Below are positions 9,255 through 19,671 of a stretch of DNA of 64,000 nucleotides, piece after piece (the first letter of the stretch is position 1; the number at the start of each line of letters is the position of its first letter). The notes beneath the pieces are model-generated. The model did not search any database. It was not told where the DNA came from and saw nothing but the letters and a program-made list of their open reading frames with translations. Source of the stretch: a virus (lineage: Duplodnaviria; Caudoviricetes); the IMG/VR virus record IMGVR_UViG_3300014205_000187, positions 1 to 64,000 of that record; one strand, written 5' to 3'. The position numbers were made by a program, and so were the translations under genes.

Positions 9255-10155
9255 GGTATCGCCCGAGGCTCCTGTTCTCGTTATGCGAAGTACGTCTGAG
9301 ACTACTGCGCCTGGTGGCGCAGCAAATGTCGCAGCGAATCTTAAAGCAGGGTTCAACAAAGAGGTAGAGCTGCTCGGTATTATCGGAGATGACCCGATAG
9401 GAGAAAGGCTTATAGAGTGTCTCGATAGACACGGTATTGGACATTCTCTTTTACGAAAAGCTATCGAGTGGCAGACCATAGAGAAGCGCAGATTTGTAGA
9501 TATGCTTGATCGTCAGATGCTTCGAGTAGACACTGAAAGTCGAAAAGCTGTGGTGTCATTCGATACCATCGATAAGCTCAAAGAGTATATTTCTACAATG
9601 GCTCTTGTCTGTCACGATGGTCTGGTGATAAGTGACTACGGAAAAGGCACTTGTTATTCTGATATGCTTGAGTATGCCATTTACTCGTTCGCTTTAGAGA
9701 AACGATATATAGTGGTCAACGGCAAGCCTGAGCATTTTTTCAGTTATCGAGGAGCCTCTATTCTGATTTTCAATCTGACTGAAGCTATACAGACATTTGA
9801 ATCTCTGTGCTCTAAGCCTTATAATAGCGTCAGTCAGCTTGTTGGATTTTTGTGGGAGCGATTGAATGACCCGGCTCTCAAGACCAAAGTTCCCAGATTA
9901 CATAATACTGATCTCCTGGTTACAATGGGAGATCAGGGGATGATCTGGAGAATGGAACCTGGAGAAGTTAGAGTGTCGGCTATTCCGGTCAAGGTGGCTG
10001 ATGTGGCCGGAGCCGGGGACACTGTGACGGCGGCTATCGCTGCTGCCGGACGATGCAGTGAGTCGATATTAGAGATGGCTGCCAGAGCCGCTGCTGACGT
10101 TGTGAGTCAGCATGGAACGTCATTGTGTAGGGAGGTTGTAGAAAATGACTCCTGA
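9193..10155 (+). CDS. rfaE1: PfkB-family heptose-7-phosphate kinase (HldE/RfaE kinase domain)
   Basis: GDVMLDVY, SPEAPV, GGAANVA, ISDYGKG, DVAGAGDT. Confidence 0.85.
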   Translation: MTVCVFGDVMLDVYTHCTPVKVSPEAPVLVMRSTSETTAPGGAANVAANLKAGFNKEVELLGIIGDDPIGERLIECLDRHGIGHSLLRKAIEWQTIEKRRFVDMLDRQMLRVDTESRKAVVSFDTIDKLKEYISTMALVCHDGLVISDYGKGTCYSDMLEYAIYSFALEKRYIVVNGKPEHFFSYRGASILIFNLTEAIQTFESLCSKPYNSVSQLVGFLWERLNDPALKTKVPRLHNTDLLVTMGDQGMIWRMEPGEVRVSAIPVKVADVAGAGDTVTAAIAAAGRCSESILEMAARAAADVVSQHGTSLCREVVENDS

Positions 10156-10345
10156 ACAGAAAGCAGCTTTCTTAATCACTCAGGCTGTGTGCGCTCAGGC
10201 TGAGATAGCGGGAATGCAAGCAGAGAATGCGGACAGGGCAGTTCGTGGTTTGAGTCCTGCTTATGATGAAACAGCATTCTATGCTGTGCCTGAGAAGTAT
10301 GGTCTTTACCATAATCAAGTTATTTCATATCTACAAGGGAGTTAA
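10145..10345 (+). CDS. hypothetical protein
   Basis: GGAGG SD. Confidence 0.65.
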   Translation: MTPEQKAAFLITQAVCAQAEIAGMQAENADRAVRGLSPAYDETAFYAVPEKYGLYHNQVISYLQGS

Positions 10346-10349
10346 GTAA

Positions 10350-10589
10350 ATGATTATCTTGTTCGTCTATTTGATTGTTGTCGCTGTCACCTGGGTCTAT
10401 GCGGGGGTGTTGACAGGACAGCAATTTGCTCGGACTCAGAAGGCAAATCCTCAAATGCCTATCGCTATAAACTGGGTCTCTGTTTTCTTTCAAGGTCTCA
10501 CATGGATAGCGTTTTGGTCTTCTCTTGTGGGAGAAAAACTCGAAAAGAGACGACGGCCCGATAAGAAAATTGTAATGGATAAGAGCTGA
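10350..10589 (+). CDS. small membrane protein
   Basis: Two hydrophobic segments and a basic C-terminal tail. Confidence 0.6.
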   Translation: MIILFVYLIVVAVTWVYAGVLTGQQFARTQKANPQMPIAINWVSVFFQGLTWIAFWSSLVGEKLEKRRRPDKKIVMDKS

Positions 10590-10591
10590 TA

Positions 10592-11296
10592 TTGGAAACT
10601 AAGCATTGCCCTAAATGCAAAAAAGATAAAAATAGAGAAGCCTTCGCAAAACGTGGAGGCAAAAGAACTGATCTTCAATCTTGGTGCAAGCAGTGTATAC
10701 AGGAAAGAAAGATTACAGACAGGGCTATAGCTTATACAGAAAAAGCTCAAAAGGTATTACAACATTCTTTACCCACATCTGGCCTGCACTTCTCCGCTAA
10801 TATCATAAAAGTTGATGAAGGGCTGTCTCAGACACTACAAGTGGGAAAAGTAGGAGAACATTTGGTATGCGCTGATGCTATTATGCAAGGCTATAATGCT
10901 TATCTCAGTGATGCTGGACTGCCTTATGATGTTATTGTAGATACAGGCTTTAAGCTGTTTAGAGTTCAAGTCAAAACTACTACACAACTTATTGAATATG
11001 CTAGAACTGCGGGAAAGGTGTATCGTTTTGGGTTACGATCAGGTAACTCTAAAAAGATTAGACGTGTTAGTGATTCCAATGTAGACGTTATTGCGTTTGT
11101 TGCTCTCGATTGTCTGAGAATAGCTTATATGCCTATAGCTGATGTCCGAACCGATGAAGGATTCTTAAAGTTGTGTGTAGAGTTCAAAACTCGGGCTATC
11201 CAATATCCTGGACGTATGTATAGTAATGGCACACAACGTATAAGATTAAGTTTTAAGTATCTTGAAGACTATTGGAGGTTTCCAGGTGGGAGTTAA
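10592..11296 (+). CDS. PD-(D/E)XK homing-type endonuclease with N-terminal zinc ribbon
   Basis: GKVGEHLV, PYDVIVD, RVQVKT; CPKC...WCKQC. Confidence 0.75.
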   Translation: METKHCPKCKKDKNREAFAKRGGKRTDLQSWCKQCIQERKITDRAIAYTEKAQKVLQHSLPTSGLHFSANIIKVDEGLSQTLQVGKVGEHLVCADAIMQGYNAYLSDAGLPYDVIVDTGFKLFRVQVKTTTQLIEYARTAGKVYRFGLRSGNSKKIRRVSDSNVDVIAFVALDCLRIAYMPIADVRTDEGFLKLCVEFKTRAIQYPGRMYSNGTQRIRLSFKYLEDYWRFPGGS

Positions 11297-12017
11297 AATA
11301 AATGAAGGTTTTGGAGTTTTGTTGATCGACCCGCCTTGGCCTTACGATAATAATCAAGGACATGATTCAGCCCGTGGAGGTACGCCTTATGAATGCATGT
11401 CTATGGAAGATTTATGCGGACTGAAACCTTTGATTGACCAGGTTGTAGCCAAGGATTCTATTCTATTTTTGTGGTCATCATACCCAAAGTTACCTCAAGC
11501 GTTACAATTCATGGAAGCTATAGGTTTCGAGTATACTACTGTAGCTTTTACCTGGATAAAGCTCAATGGAAATGGCAAGATTATCAGCCCTGAACAGAAC
11601 ATGGTAGCGATGAATAGTTTGGATAAGCAGGAGGGTTTTAAGCTCACTCCTAAAGACATAATACTCAAGGGAGGAATACGCTCAGGTCAGGGCTACTACA
11701 CTAATTCTAATGCTGAAATATGTTTGGTTGGCAAACGAGGCAAAGCTGCCAGTCTGCGTGTGAATAAGTCCGTGAAGCAGGTAGTAGTAGCTCCGATGTT
11801 GGGACATTCAGCAAAACCAGAAGAGGTTCGTAGCCGTATCAACGAGCTTACTGGTAACATTCCAGCATTGGAGTTATTTGCTCGTCCTCCTGGTAGAGTT
11901 CCTGGTTGGGTAAAGTTGGGATATGAAATCGACCAAGAAGACATTCACATTATGTTGGAGCGGCTTATCAACGGAGAATATAGTATACCGAAAAACAACA
12001 CTGATTTGAGCTTATAA
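11286..12017 (+). CDS. MT-A70-family adenine methyltransferase
   Basis: IDPPW, LFLW, FTWIK, EICLVGKRG, HSAKP, ELFAR. Confidence 0.9.
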   Translation: MGVKINEGFGVLLIDPPWPYDNNQGHDSARGGTPYECMSMEDLCGLKPLIDQVVAKDSILFLWSSYPKLPQALQFMEAIGFEYTTVAFTWIKLNGNGKIISPEQNMVAMNSLDKQEGFKLTPKDIILKGGIRSGQGYYTNSNAEICLVGKRGKAASLRVNKSVKQVVVAPMLGHSAKPEEVRSRINELTGNIPALELFARPPGRVPGWVKLGYEIDQEDIHIMLERLINGEYSIPKNNTDLSL

Positions 12018-12040
12018 GGAGTTTACGCTATAATACGGCT

Positions 12041-12790
12041 ATGAAGTTAAGCATAGGTATTCCTGTTCATAATGCTGTTGACTGCGCTCTACGAGCCATA
12101 GATAGGGTGCTGTGGGCGGCTCAGACAAATGGCTATGAAGTAGAGTTGATCGTAATTGATGATAACTCTACTTTTGAAACACATGAGCGTCTTAAAGAAC
12201 GTCTCAGACTGTTGGATAGCCCTTATCAATTGTTGAAGACTCAAGACTTTACAGACCATCCGGCTCCTAATCTCGGTTTCAATGTCAACAGGCTGCTAGA
12301 TCACATTGACCTCGAAGCTGATTACTATCTGAATCTTGAAACCGATGTGTTTGTAAGCCCTGAGACTCTTCGGCTTATGGTAGAACGTATGGATACTGAT
12401 GAGAGTATCTGTGCGACATTCCCGGCACAGCTTAGAGCAGATAGACAGTCGTATGACTTCTTTTTCTGTGAGAGAGGTTATCCTAAACTGAACGAGCTGC
12501 CGGAAGATTTGCAGCGAGATCGTGATTTTGACTGGACGCATTTTGGGTGTCTACTGGTTCGAGGAAAAGATGCCAGAGATAGACACATTCGTGTAGATGA
12601 GAGCTTCATATTATTCTGCGCCGACCAGGATTACACGTCCAGATTGAAAGAGGTAACAACAGGCCGTATAGTATATGTGGCTTCGGCTTATGCAATTCAT
12701 ATCGGACATGTTTCCAGCATGGAGGGTCAAAAACCAAACCCCGACCCTGAGTGCTTTGAGAGAGTAGACGCTAAGTGGGGTAATAAATGA
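12041..12790 (+). CDS. GT2 glycosyltransferase
   Basis: IGIPVHN, IVIDDNS, NLG, ETD. Confidence 0.85.
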   Translation: MKLSIGIPVHNAVDCALRAIDRVLWAAQTNGYEVELIVIDDNSTFETHERLKERLRLLDSPYQLLKTQDFTDHPAPNLGFNVNRLLDHIDLEADYYLNLETDVFVSPETLRLMVERMDTDESICATFPAQLRADRQSYDFFFCERGYPKLNELPEDLQRDRDFDWTHFGCLLVRGKDARDRHIRVDESFILFCADQDYTSRLKEVTTGRIVYVASAYAIHIGHVSSMEGQKPNPDPECFERVDAKWGNK

Positions 12791-13533
12791 AGATAACCGT
12801 GGCTATGCCGGTCCATAACGCTGCTTTGTCTGCTGTTGTGGCTGCTTACTCTATTCTCGATAATCTGTTCTGTTGCAACGCCGAGTGGCAGTTGATTATC
12901 ATCGATGACAACTCTGATTTTGAAAGTCGAAGAATCCTTGAGACCCTGGCAAAAGAGCCGGGAGTCAGACTATTTCATACGCAAAACTTCATCGACAAAC
13001 CGAGTCCTAATCTAGGATGGAATGTCAATTTTGCTCTCGATAAAACCACACCCGAAGACGATTTTTTCTTCCATGCAGAAAGCGACATCTATCTCGAACC
13101 GTTTTGTCTTCGAGAGTTGATAAATAATATCGGAGACTATGCTGTAGCAACTCCTCAGTATTTTTCTGTGTGTAAGAGGCTCTCCACACATTCTTACCCT
13201 GGATGCACTCCAAACATTCCTATAGAACAGGAATGCTCTCAATCACAGACAGTTGCCTGGGCGCACCTTGGATGTATGCTCATCAAAGGGGATGTGGCGC
13301 GAGATAAAACCATCAGGATAGAATCTGATAAGTTCAAACTTTGGTATGCAGATTTCGACTATTGTGGCGCACTTAAAAGTAAAGGATATGAGATATTTTA
13401 TGTGCCGACTGCTCATGCGCGTCACAGAGGCAATGTATCCAGTCACATGGCTCCTGGTGGAGTGTGGCCGGATGCACTGACTCCAGAAGAAGCCAGAGCT
13501 TATGTAAACTCGAAATGGGGAAACTTTGATTGA
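12787..13533 (+). CDS. GT2 glycosyltransferase (paralog of upstream gene)
   Basis: AMPVHN, IIDDNS, PNLGWNVN, ESD, WAHLGC, KWGN end. Confidence 0.85.
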   Translation: MKITVAMPVHNAALSAVVAAYSILDNLFCCNAEWQLIIIDDNSDFESRRILETLAKEPGVRLFHTQNFIDKPSPNLGWNVNFALDKTTPEDDFFFHAESDIYLEPFCLRELINNIGDYAVATPQYFSVCKRLSTHSYPGCTPNIPIEQECSQSQTVAWAHLGCMLIKGDVARDKTIRIESDKFKLWYADFDYCGALKSKGYEIFYVPTAHARHRGNVSSHMAPGGVWPDALTPEEARAYVNSKWGNFD

Positions 13534-14411
13534 GAGTCCTACACTACAATCGAGATCATAGTAGATGGATAGGCGGGGACGCTGTTCAGGTAGAGAATAC
13601 TGTAGCTGCTCTGAATAGGAGAGGCTGGAGCTGCACCTATTCTTGTAATCCTGATGAAGACCTGACTCAATATGATCTGGTGCATATATATCATCTCACC
13701 TACCAATGGGGGCCGGACATGGCTCTCCGGTGCCGAGGCGAGGGTAAGCCTTATGTAGTGAGTGCTATTTACTACCCTCAAGGTGGGCATGTGCTTATGG
13801 AGATCGTAGATAATTCTGTGAAAACCATAGCCTTGTCCGAGATCGAAAAGTGTGAGATGGTTCATATCCTGAACTGTAGGCCGGACAAAATAGTTGTCAT
13901 TCCAAATGGGGTAGATTCGAGTATTTTTTACCCTGACAAAAGGTTAATCGGCGTCATAAATATAGGTCAGATTATAGAGACCAAAGGAGTCCTGCTTCTG
14001 GCTGAGTCTTGTAAAAGACTCGATCTGCCTTATATTCACATAGGACAATTTCATGGAGATGATTATGGTAGAGCCTGTCTCAATTTGATCGATAAGCATT
14101 ATCAAGATTTGTCTCAAACACAGGTAGCTGAGTATCTCAGAAAAAGTAGGATATATGTCTGCCCTTCTCTCGGTGAACGACAATCTCTTGGAGTGCTTGA
14201 AGGAGCTGCCTGTGGGCTGCCTGTAGTAGACTCCAGCTTCAACAGAGGAGCCAGGTTGCTGCCGTCCTCAGTCATTGTAGACCCTCGTGACCCTGAAGCT
14301 CTGGATGGTGCTATTATGGTTCAGTATATGGCTTCTCAGAATACAGACATAGTGCCAACGTGGGATGCTGTGGCTGCTCAAATATCCGAGGTGTACAATG
14401 AAGCTGTATGA
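13530..14411 (+). CDS. GT4 glycosyltransferase
   Basis: GGD, VIPNGVD, KG, LEGAACGLPVV. Confidence 0.85.
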   Translation: MRVLHYNRDHSRWIGGDAVQVENTVAALNRRGWSCTYSCNPDEDLTQYDLVHIYHLTYQWGPDMALRCRGEGKPYVVSAIYYPQGGHVLMEIVDNSVKTIALSEIEKCEMVHILNCRPDKIVVIPNGVDSSIFYPDKRLIGVINIGQIIETKGVLLLAESCKRLDLPYIHIGQFHGDDYGRACLNLIDKHYQDLSQTQVAEYLRKSRIYVCPSLGERQSLGVLEGAACGLPVVDSSFNRGARLLPSSVIVDPRDPEALDGAIMVQYMASQNTDIVPTWDAVAAQISEVYNEAV

Positions 14412-15402
14412 GGGCAGAGTCTTACACGTTCTTGTAAATCTGGGATGTAGCGGTTTATCGGTCGTGGTATTTAATCTGCTGAACTCTTTTCCTGGAGTGC
14501 ATGGAGTCGCAGCCTTAAATCCATGTCTTGAAGAGGCTTTCTTTCATCACAGACTGAAGAAAATACCTCCTTTTCATCCAGCGGTAGCCGATGGCAGTAA
14601 TATCCACGCTCTAATGAATGATTATGATATTCTTCATCTTCACTGGACGTATCCGGCTATGTTGAGTTTTGACTGGACCTCATTTGTAGATGCACCTTAT
14701 CCTATCGTAACCACACTTCATACAATGCTGGTTCCTTTTAGGCAGACATCTAAAATAAATCCTGTAGCAGTTTCCAGAGCAGTCAAAGAAATGCAGTATA
14801 ATTCGTGCGAGGTCATTCATAACGGCATCGATCTTGCACCTTTTGTGCATGACCGAGTGTATGAAGATAAGCCTGTTCTTAAAGCTGGATTTGTATGTCG
14901 TTTAGATGGAAAAACTTACCCAGATTCACTTTCAAAAATGCTGAAAGCAGTCTCTAAAATGAGCCATCCGGTGCAGTTGGTTGTCATAGGCGGGGGAGAC
15001 GAAAATCTGATTAACGACTACAAACAGCAGACTTTGAACGTCAACCCACCTGTGCAGTTTTTAGGATGGCGCAATGACATCGGTGAATGCTTAAAAGACC
15101 TTGATCTGTTTATTTACCCTACCTGGATAGACGCTGCGCCAATCTGTGTGATAGAGGCTATGGCCTCTGGGCTGCCTATTGTGGCCCCTCCTGTGGGAGG
15201 ATTGGGGGAGATGCTGGCTGACGGCAGAGGACTTCTGACATCGTTTGAGTGGTGTCTCGATGAGTATATGCCTATGTTCGATGATGCTGTAGTCAGAGAG
15301 TATATGGGGCAAAAAGCCAAAGCATACGCTATTGAGCACTTTCAGCTTGATAGAATGGTGCGAGAGTATAGCGATCTTTATGAGAGGGTTATTTTTCAAT
15401 GA
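14398..15402 (+). CDS. GT4 glycosyltransferase
   Basis: TTLH, IHNGID, EAMASGLPIV. Confidence 0.85.
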   Translation: MKLYEGRVLHVLVNLGCSGLSVVVFNLLNSFPGVHGVAALNPCLEEAFFHHRLKKIPPFHPAVADGSNIHALMNDYDILHLHWTYPAMLSFDWTSFVDAPYPIVTTLHTMLVPFRQTSKINPVAVSRAVKEMQYNSCEVIHNGIDLAPFVHDRVYEDKPVLKAGFVCRLDGKTYPDSLSKMLKAVSKMSHPVQLVVIGGGDENLINDYKQQTLNVNPPVQFLGWRNDIGECLKDLDLFIYPTWIDAAPICVIEAMASGLPIVAPPVGGLGEMLADGRGLLTSFEWCLDEYMPMFDDAVVREYMGQKAKAYAIEHFQLDRMVREYSDLYERVIFQ

Positions 15403-15992
15403 ATACGATACAGCAAAACGAGTTTAACTTCTGGCAGAGTTTGATCGGCGGCATGTCCTGGGATGAGTATATGGCTCATCGAAAACGAGACCTCGATTAC
15501 CATTTGACAGGTTTCAACGGACACTGTGATCTCAGCGTCGGAGATGGTATGGAAATAGGCACCGGCGCATTTTCTATGTTGGAGTTCGTTGAGGGTGATA
15601 ACTTTATGTTAGGTGTTGACCCTCTGGCCGAGGAGTATAAACAACTCCTTCAAAAACAGAATGAGCGCATACATGTAGCTCCTGTGCATACTGAGATTCT
15701 GCCTTACAAAGACGACTCGTTTGACTGGATTGTTTGCTGGAACGTGATCGATCATACGCCCTATCCAGACCTTATGATCGATGAGATTAAACGAGTGCTG
15801 CGTCCTGGAGGCAAGCTCTATCTTCAAGTTCAATTCGACGCCGAACTGGTTGAGGCGTGTCATTATTCAGTATGGAGACGTAATGACATCGAAGAGCGTG
15901 TCCGGCCAGCTTTTTCCAGTGTGATATTTGAGGACATTATACCTCGTCCTGAGTTCAATCAGGATATGTATTATGGGGTTTTCATAAAGTGA
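15399..15992 (+). CDS. class I SAM-dependent methyltransferase
   Basis: EIGTG, LPYKDDSFD, RVLRPGG. Confidence 0.85.
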   Translation: MNTIQQNEFNFWQSLIGGMSWDEYMAHRKRDLDYHLTGFNGHCDLSVGDGMEIGTGAFSMLEFVEGDNFMLGVDPLAEEYKQLLQKQNERIHVAPVHTEILPYKDDSFDWIVCWNVIDHTPYPDLMIDEIKRVLRPGGKLYLQVQFDAELVEACHYSVWRRNDIEERVRPAFSSVIFEDIIPRPEFNQDMYYGVFIK

Positions 15993-16675
15993 TTTCGATA
16001 GTGATGCCCGTCTACAATATGCCTGCGGTGTATATTCATGAGGCCATACTCTCAGTGATGAGTCAGACATACTCAGACTGGGAGCTGTTGCTGGTAAACG
16101 ACGGCAGCACTGACAACACTTTGGCTATTATTCAAGAGTATCAAAAGGCTACACCTGATAAGATAACTATCATCTCGAAGAAAAATGGAGGGGTATCGTC
16201 AGCGCAGAATCGTGGAATAAAATGCGCCATCGGAGAGTATATACTGATCTTGAGTTCAGATGACAAAATAGACTCCACGTTCTTAGAGAAGATGTTGACC
16301 ATTCTTCAAGAAAATCCTGATGTAGATATATCCGGGTCCGACACTCAAGTGTTCGACGCCAGCAATGAAACTTACTATACGCAACCTCTCAACTTGGAGC
16401 TGCAAGTTCGTAATAACCAGATGAATTACTGCTCTTTGTTGAGACGAGAGGTTTTCGATAAAGTAGGGTTATTTGACGAGAATATGAGAGGCTATGAAGA
16501 CTGGGAGTTTTGGATTCGCTGTGCCAAGGCCGGATTGAAAAGCATCAAACTTCCTGAGTTCATTTTCTCCTATAGAAATAAAACAGGTGGGGGTCTTCTT
16601 ACAGATTGTGTGACTCAGCATCATGAAGAGTTGCTTAATTATCTAAGATCAAAACATTCGGAGATGTTATGCTGA
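15989..16675 (+). CDS. GT2 glycosyltransferase
   Basis: ISIVMPVYN, NDGSTD, SDD, EDWEFW. Confidence 0.9.
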   Translation: MISIVMPVYNMPAVYIHEAILSVMSQTYSDWELLLVNDGSTDNTLAIIQEYQKATPDKITIISKKNGGVSSAQNRGIKCAIGEYILILSSDDKIDSTFLEKMLTILQENPDVDISGSDTQVFDASNETYYTQPLNLELQVRNNQMNYCSLLRREVFDKVGLFDENMRGYEDWEFWIRCAKAGLKSIKLPEFIFSYRNKTGGGLLTDCVTQHHEELLNYLRSKHSEMLC

Positions 16676-17427
16676 AATTAGATGGAGTGGAACTCCTTAA
16701 CATTTGTAATTTGTCCTGTAAAAATTGCTATACTCCAGGAACCAAATATCCTCGGGGAATGGCAAATGACCACGTTGTATATGAGGCTTTGAAGTATGGC
16801 ACTCCTGGAGAGTATTTTTCAGTGTATGGTTCTGGAGAACCTTTCTTACACCCTAAACTTTATGAGTATGTGGCTGCCACCAGGAATCATGGTTATATGC
16901 CATATATCAGTACAAACGGGTTGCTGCTGACCGAAGATAGCTTAGGAAAACTGATAGAGGCCGGAGTGAGACTTCTTCAGATTTCGATTCATACCAAAAA
17001 ATCTATGGAAGCTCTGCAATTAGCGGTCAAGATGTGTGGTATCCAGGTTACTGTTCAGGCCAACATTCTGACACATTTCATTGAGTCTGGACATATCGAG
17101 AAATGGTGCTCTGAATGTGAGGTGACTACGGAAGAACGAGCGCATTTCAGAGTTATAGGAACGCATAATTGGGCTGGAAACGGAGCCGAGGGACGTATAG
17201 TTTATCCAGAAGAAGACATCCAGAGGCGTAAAGCCTGTTGTGCTTATATGTGCAGGAATATGTGTTATGTGAAGTGGGACGGTTTGGTGGTGTCCTGCTG
17301 CTTTGACTCCGAGGGTGATAACGTCATCGGACATATAGACGATTTTCCATCCTTGGAGCATAAGCCGGACAGTTATCCACTATGTCAGTTTTGTGGACCG
17401 AACTGGACGAATGGAGAATTGATGTAA
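16669..17427 (+). CDS. radical SAM / SPASM-twitch protein
   Basis: CNLSCKNC, GEP, STNG, DGLVVSCC, CQFC. Confidence 0.9.
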   Translation: MLKLDGVELLNICNLSCKNCYTPGTKYPRGMANDHVVYEALKYGTPGEYFSVYGSGEPFLHPKLYEYVAATRNHGYMPYISTNGLLLTEDSLGKLIEAGVRLLQISIHTKKSMEALQLAVKMCGIQVTVQANILTHFIESGHIEKWCSECEVTTEERAHFRVIGTHNWAGNGAEGRIVYPEEDIQRRKACCAYMCRNMCYVKWDGLVVSCCFDSEGDNVIGHIDDFPSLEHKPDSYPLCQFCGPNWTNGELM

Positions 17428-18557
17428 TGCCAAAAATACAGGGCGAAAATATAAACTGGGCGAGACCAAGGTGTCCTATCGAAGAAGTGTTATTTGAGGT
17501 GCCAAATCTTCCAGTTTCTATGAGCTGTGTAGATGAGTCTTTCGCTTCTGAGAAAGATTTTATAGCGGATATGCAGTTCGGGGTTGACCCGGTGAGCGGC
17601 ACTATTCAGAGCATGAACAGGATGCCAACAGACCTGGTATATCTGGAGCCTCATAATGCGTGTGTCGGTAAAACCTGGCAGAGACATCATCAGGCTTTTG
17701 CCGAGTTTATTTTGCGGCAACCTCTCGAAAACAAGGTCATATATGAGATTGGAGGAGGAGACGGCTATCTTGCATCTTTGTGTATCGACAAAGTAAAGAG
17801 ATGGCATATTATAGAGCCTAACCCTCCAGCCAATCGTTTTGAACACTTCGACGTGGTATACCATAAAGGCTACTATCCTGAAGTTCCTATCGTGGGGGCT
17901 GATGTGGTAGTCCACTCGAACCTGCTTGAACACATTCGGGACCCTAGAAAGTTCCTTAACGATCTGATGAATGTGCCGGTTCAGATGATGAGTGTGCCTC
18001 AGTTCGAGTATGCCATGAATCTTGGAAATCCGAGCATACTGAACTTTGAGCATGAGAATGCTTTAACCTGCGATGTGCTGCGACAACTGTTTCATGTCTG
18101 TGGATATAACATTGCAGATATGGTGAACCACAACAATTTTACGTGGTTTTACGAGATTCATAAAGTGAGTCCGGCAGTTACGAATGTTTTGGTAGGAGAC
18201 TCAAGTTATGCTTCAGCTTCCACGCTTTTGTTGACTTATAAGGATAAACTCACAGAGGAGGCTTCAAGACTTCAAGCCATGCTGGAGGGTGTCGAAGGGC
18301 CATTTTACTTCTTTGGAGCACACATATTCTACACGATGCTTCGATCTCTGGGTCTCACGGCTGCGTTTGATGGTCTTCTGGATAATTCTCCACTCAAGAT
18401 TGGAAAGAGACTCTATGGCACAGACCTTATGGTATCCTCTCCTGAGATCATTCAGGTTATAAAAGAGCCTGTTATAGTGGTGCCAAAGACACCTTATCAA
18501 GCTGAGATGGTGGAGCAGGTCAAGAGCCTTAATCTAGGAGCTGCGATTGTATGCTGA
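17427..18557 (+). CDS. SAM-dependent methyltransferase, NDP-hexose C-methyltransferase-like
   Basis: EIGGGDG, LEHI, FEH, FFGA...DNSPLKIGKRLYGT C-terminal domain. Confidence 0.7.
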   Translation: MPKIQGENINWARPRCPIEEVLFEVPNLPVSMSCVDESFASEKDFIADMQFGVDPVSGTIQSMNRMPTDLVYLEPHNACVGKTWQRHHQAFAEFILRQPLENKVIYEIGGGDGYLASLCIDKVKRWHIIEPNPPANRFEHFDVVYHKGYYPEVPIVGADVVVHSNLLEHIRDPRKFLNDLMNVPVQMMSVPQFEYAMNLGNPSILNFEHENALTCDVLRQLFHVCGYNIADMVNHNNFTWFYEIHKVSPAVTNVLVGDSSYASASTLLLTYKDKLTEEASRLQAMLEGVEGPFYFFGAHIFYTMLRSLGLTAAFDGLLDNSPLKIGKRLYGTDLMVSSPEIIQVIKEPVIVVPKTPYQAEMVEQVKSLNLGAAIVC

Positions 18558-19321
18558 TCTATGTCTTCAGTTACGATAGGCCGCTACAACTCGAAGCTGC
18601 GTTGAGGTCGTTTAGGGTATACGCAAAGGATACTCATTCGATCATAGTAAATTGTGCCGGGTCTTATATCCCAAATTACGTGGACATCGTTCAACGTAAA
18701 AATCTGAATGCAGAGGTTAAAGCAGCTCTTGAAAGTGAGGAATACATCATGTTTCTTCATGATGATCTCATTTTTTATGACTATTTCAGTCTTGATGAGT
18801 TCATTCCTTTCTTGAGGCAGATAGATACTTATGTAAGTGCCACGTTACATCTTGGATTTAACGTGACCCATATCAGGGATATGTTGATTCCTCCACATGA
18901 ACTACGAGAACAAGAAAGACCCTGCGATGTTCGAGCAGAGTCAGAAAACATACTTTCATGGGGATGGAATATCCCAGTATATAGCGATTATTTTTATCCA
19001 ATACCACTTTGCTCGACAGTCTATAAGACAGAAATGCTCTTGAAGAAGTGGGATTATGTGCCTCTCGATTGTGCAACACCTAATGAAATAGAGATTAGTT
19101 TGAACAGTCATGCTTGGCCTCAAAGAATGTTGAGCTATAAGCAGAGCGTATGCTATCAAATTATGGATAACCAGGTATATAAAGATCGTGGTATACTAGA
19201 TCAACGGATGACGCAGTTCGATCAAGGCCATATTATTGATGTTGAGGCTCTGAATGCTGCGGTTGGACTGCCTAAAGCATGTGCTTTTGAACACCCTATC
19301 TTCTTAAAGGATGCCAAATGA
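18551..19321 (+). CDS. putative glycosyltransferase (GT-A fold)
   Basis: FSYDRPLQL, FLHDD, PNEIE. Confidence 0.6.
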   Translation: MLIYVFSYDRPLQLEAALRSFRVYAKDTHSIIVNCAGSYIPNYVDIVQRKNLNAEVKAALESEEYIMFLHDDLIFYDYFSLDEFIPFLRQIDTYVSATLHLGFNVTHIRDMLIPPHELREQERPCDVRAESENILSWGWNIPVYSDYFYPIPLCSTVYKTEMLLKKWDYVPLDCATPNEIEISLNSHAWPQRMLSYKQSVCYQIMDNQVYKDRGILDQRMTQFDQGHIIDVEALNAAVGLPKACAFEHPIFLKDAK

Positions 19322-19671
19322 AAAAAACTATTTTTTTGGATATAGATGGCTGCATCATAAAACATACAGGGGATATGAATCAGCAGATAGAGAATCCCGG
19401 TGAGCTGCTTCCTGGTGTAAAAGAGAAGTTTGTTGAGTGGGATAGAGCCGGGCATACCATAATACTTACAACAGGGCGTAGAGAGTCCTTGAGAGCAGTT
19501 ACAGAGGCTATGCTGCTCAAGTTAGGGCTATTCTACGATCAACTTATAATGGGGCTTCCTCGCGGACCTCGAGTACTTATCAATGATTTCAAGCCAGGTA
19601 ATGATGCAAATATGGCCTGGGGAATATGTGTGCCTCGAAATGAGGGATTAACAAATGTTGGAACCTTGTAA
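19318..19671 (+). CDS. small HAD-superfamily phosphatase
   Basis: FLDIDGCI, TTGR, RVLIND. Confidence 0.8.
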   Translation: MKKTIFLDIDGCIIKHTGDMNQQIENPGELLPGVKEKFVEWDRAGHTIILTTGRRESLRAVTEAMLLKLGLFYDQLIMGLPRGPRVLINDFKPGNDANMAWGICVPRNEGLTNVGTL

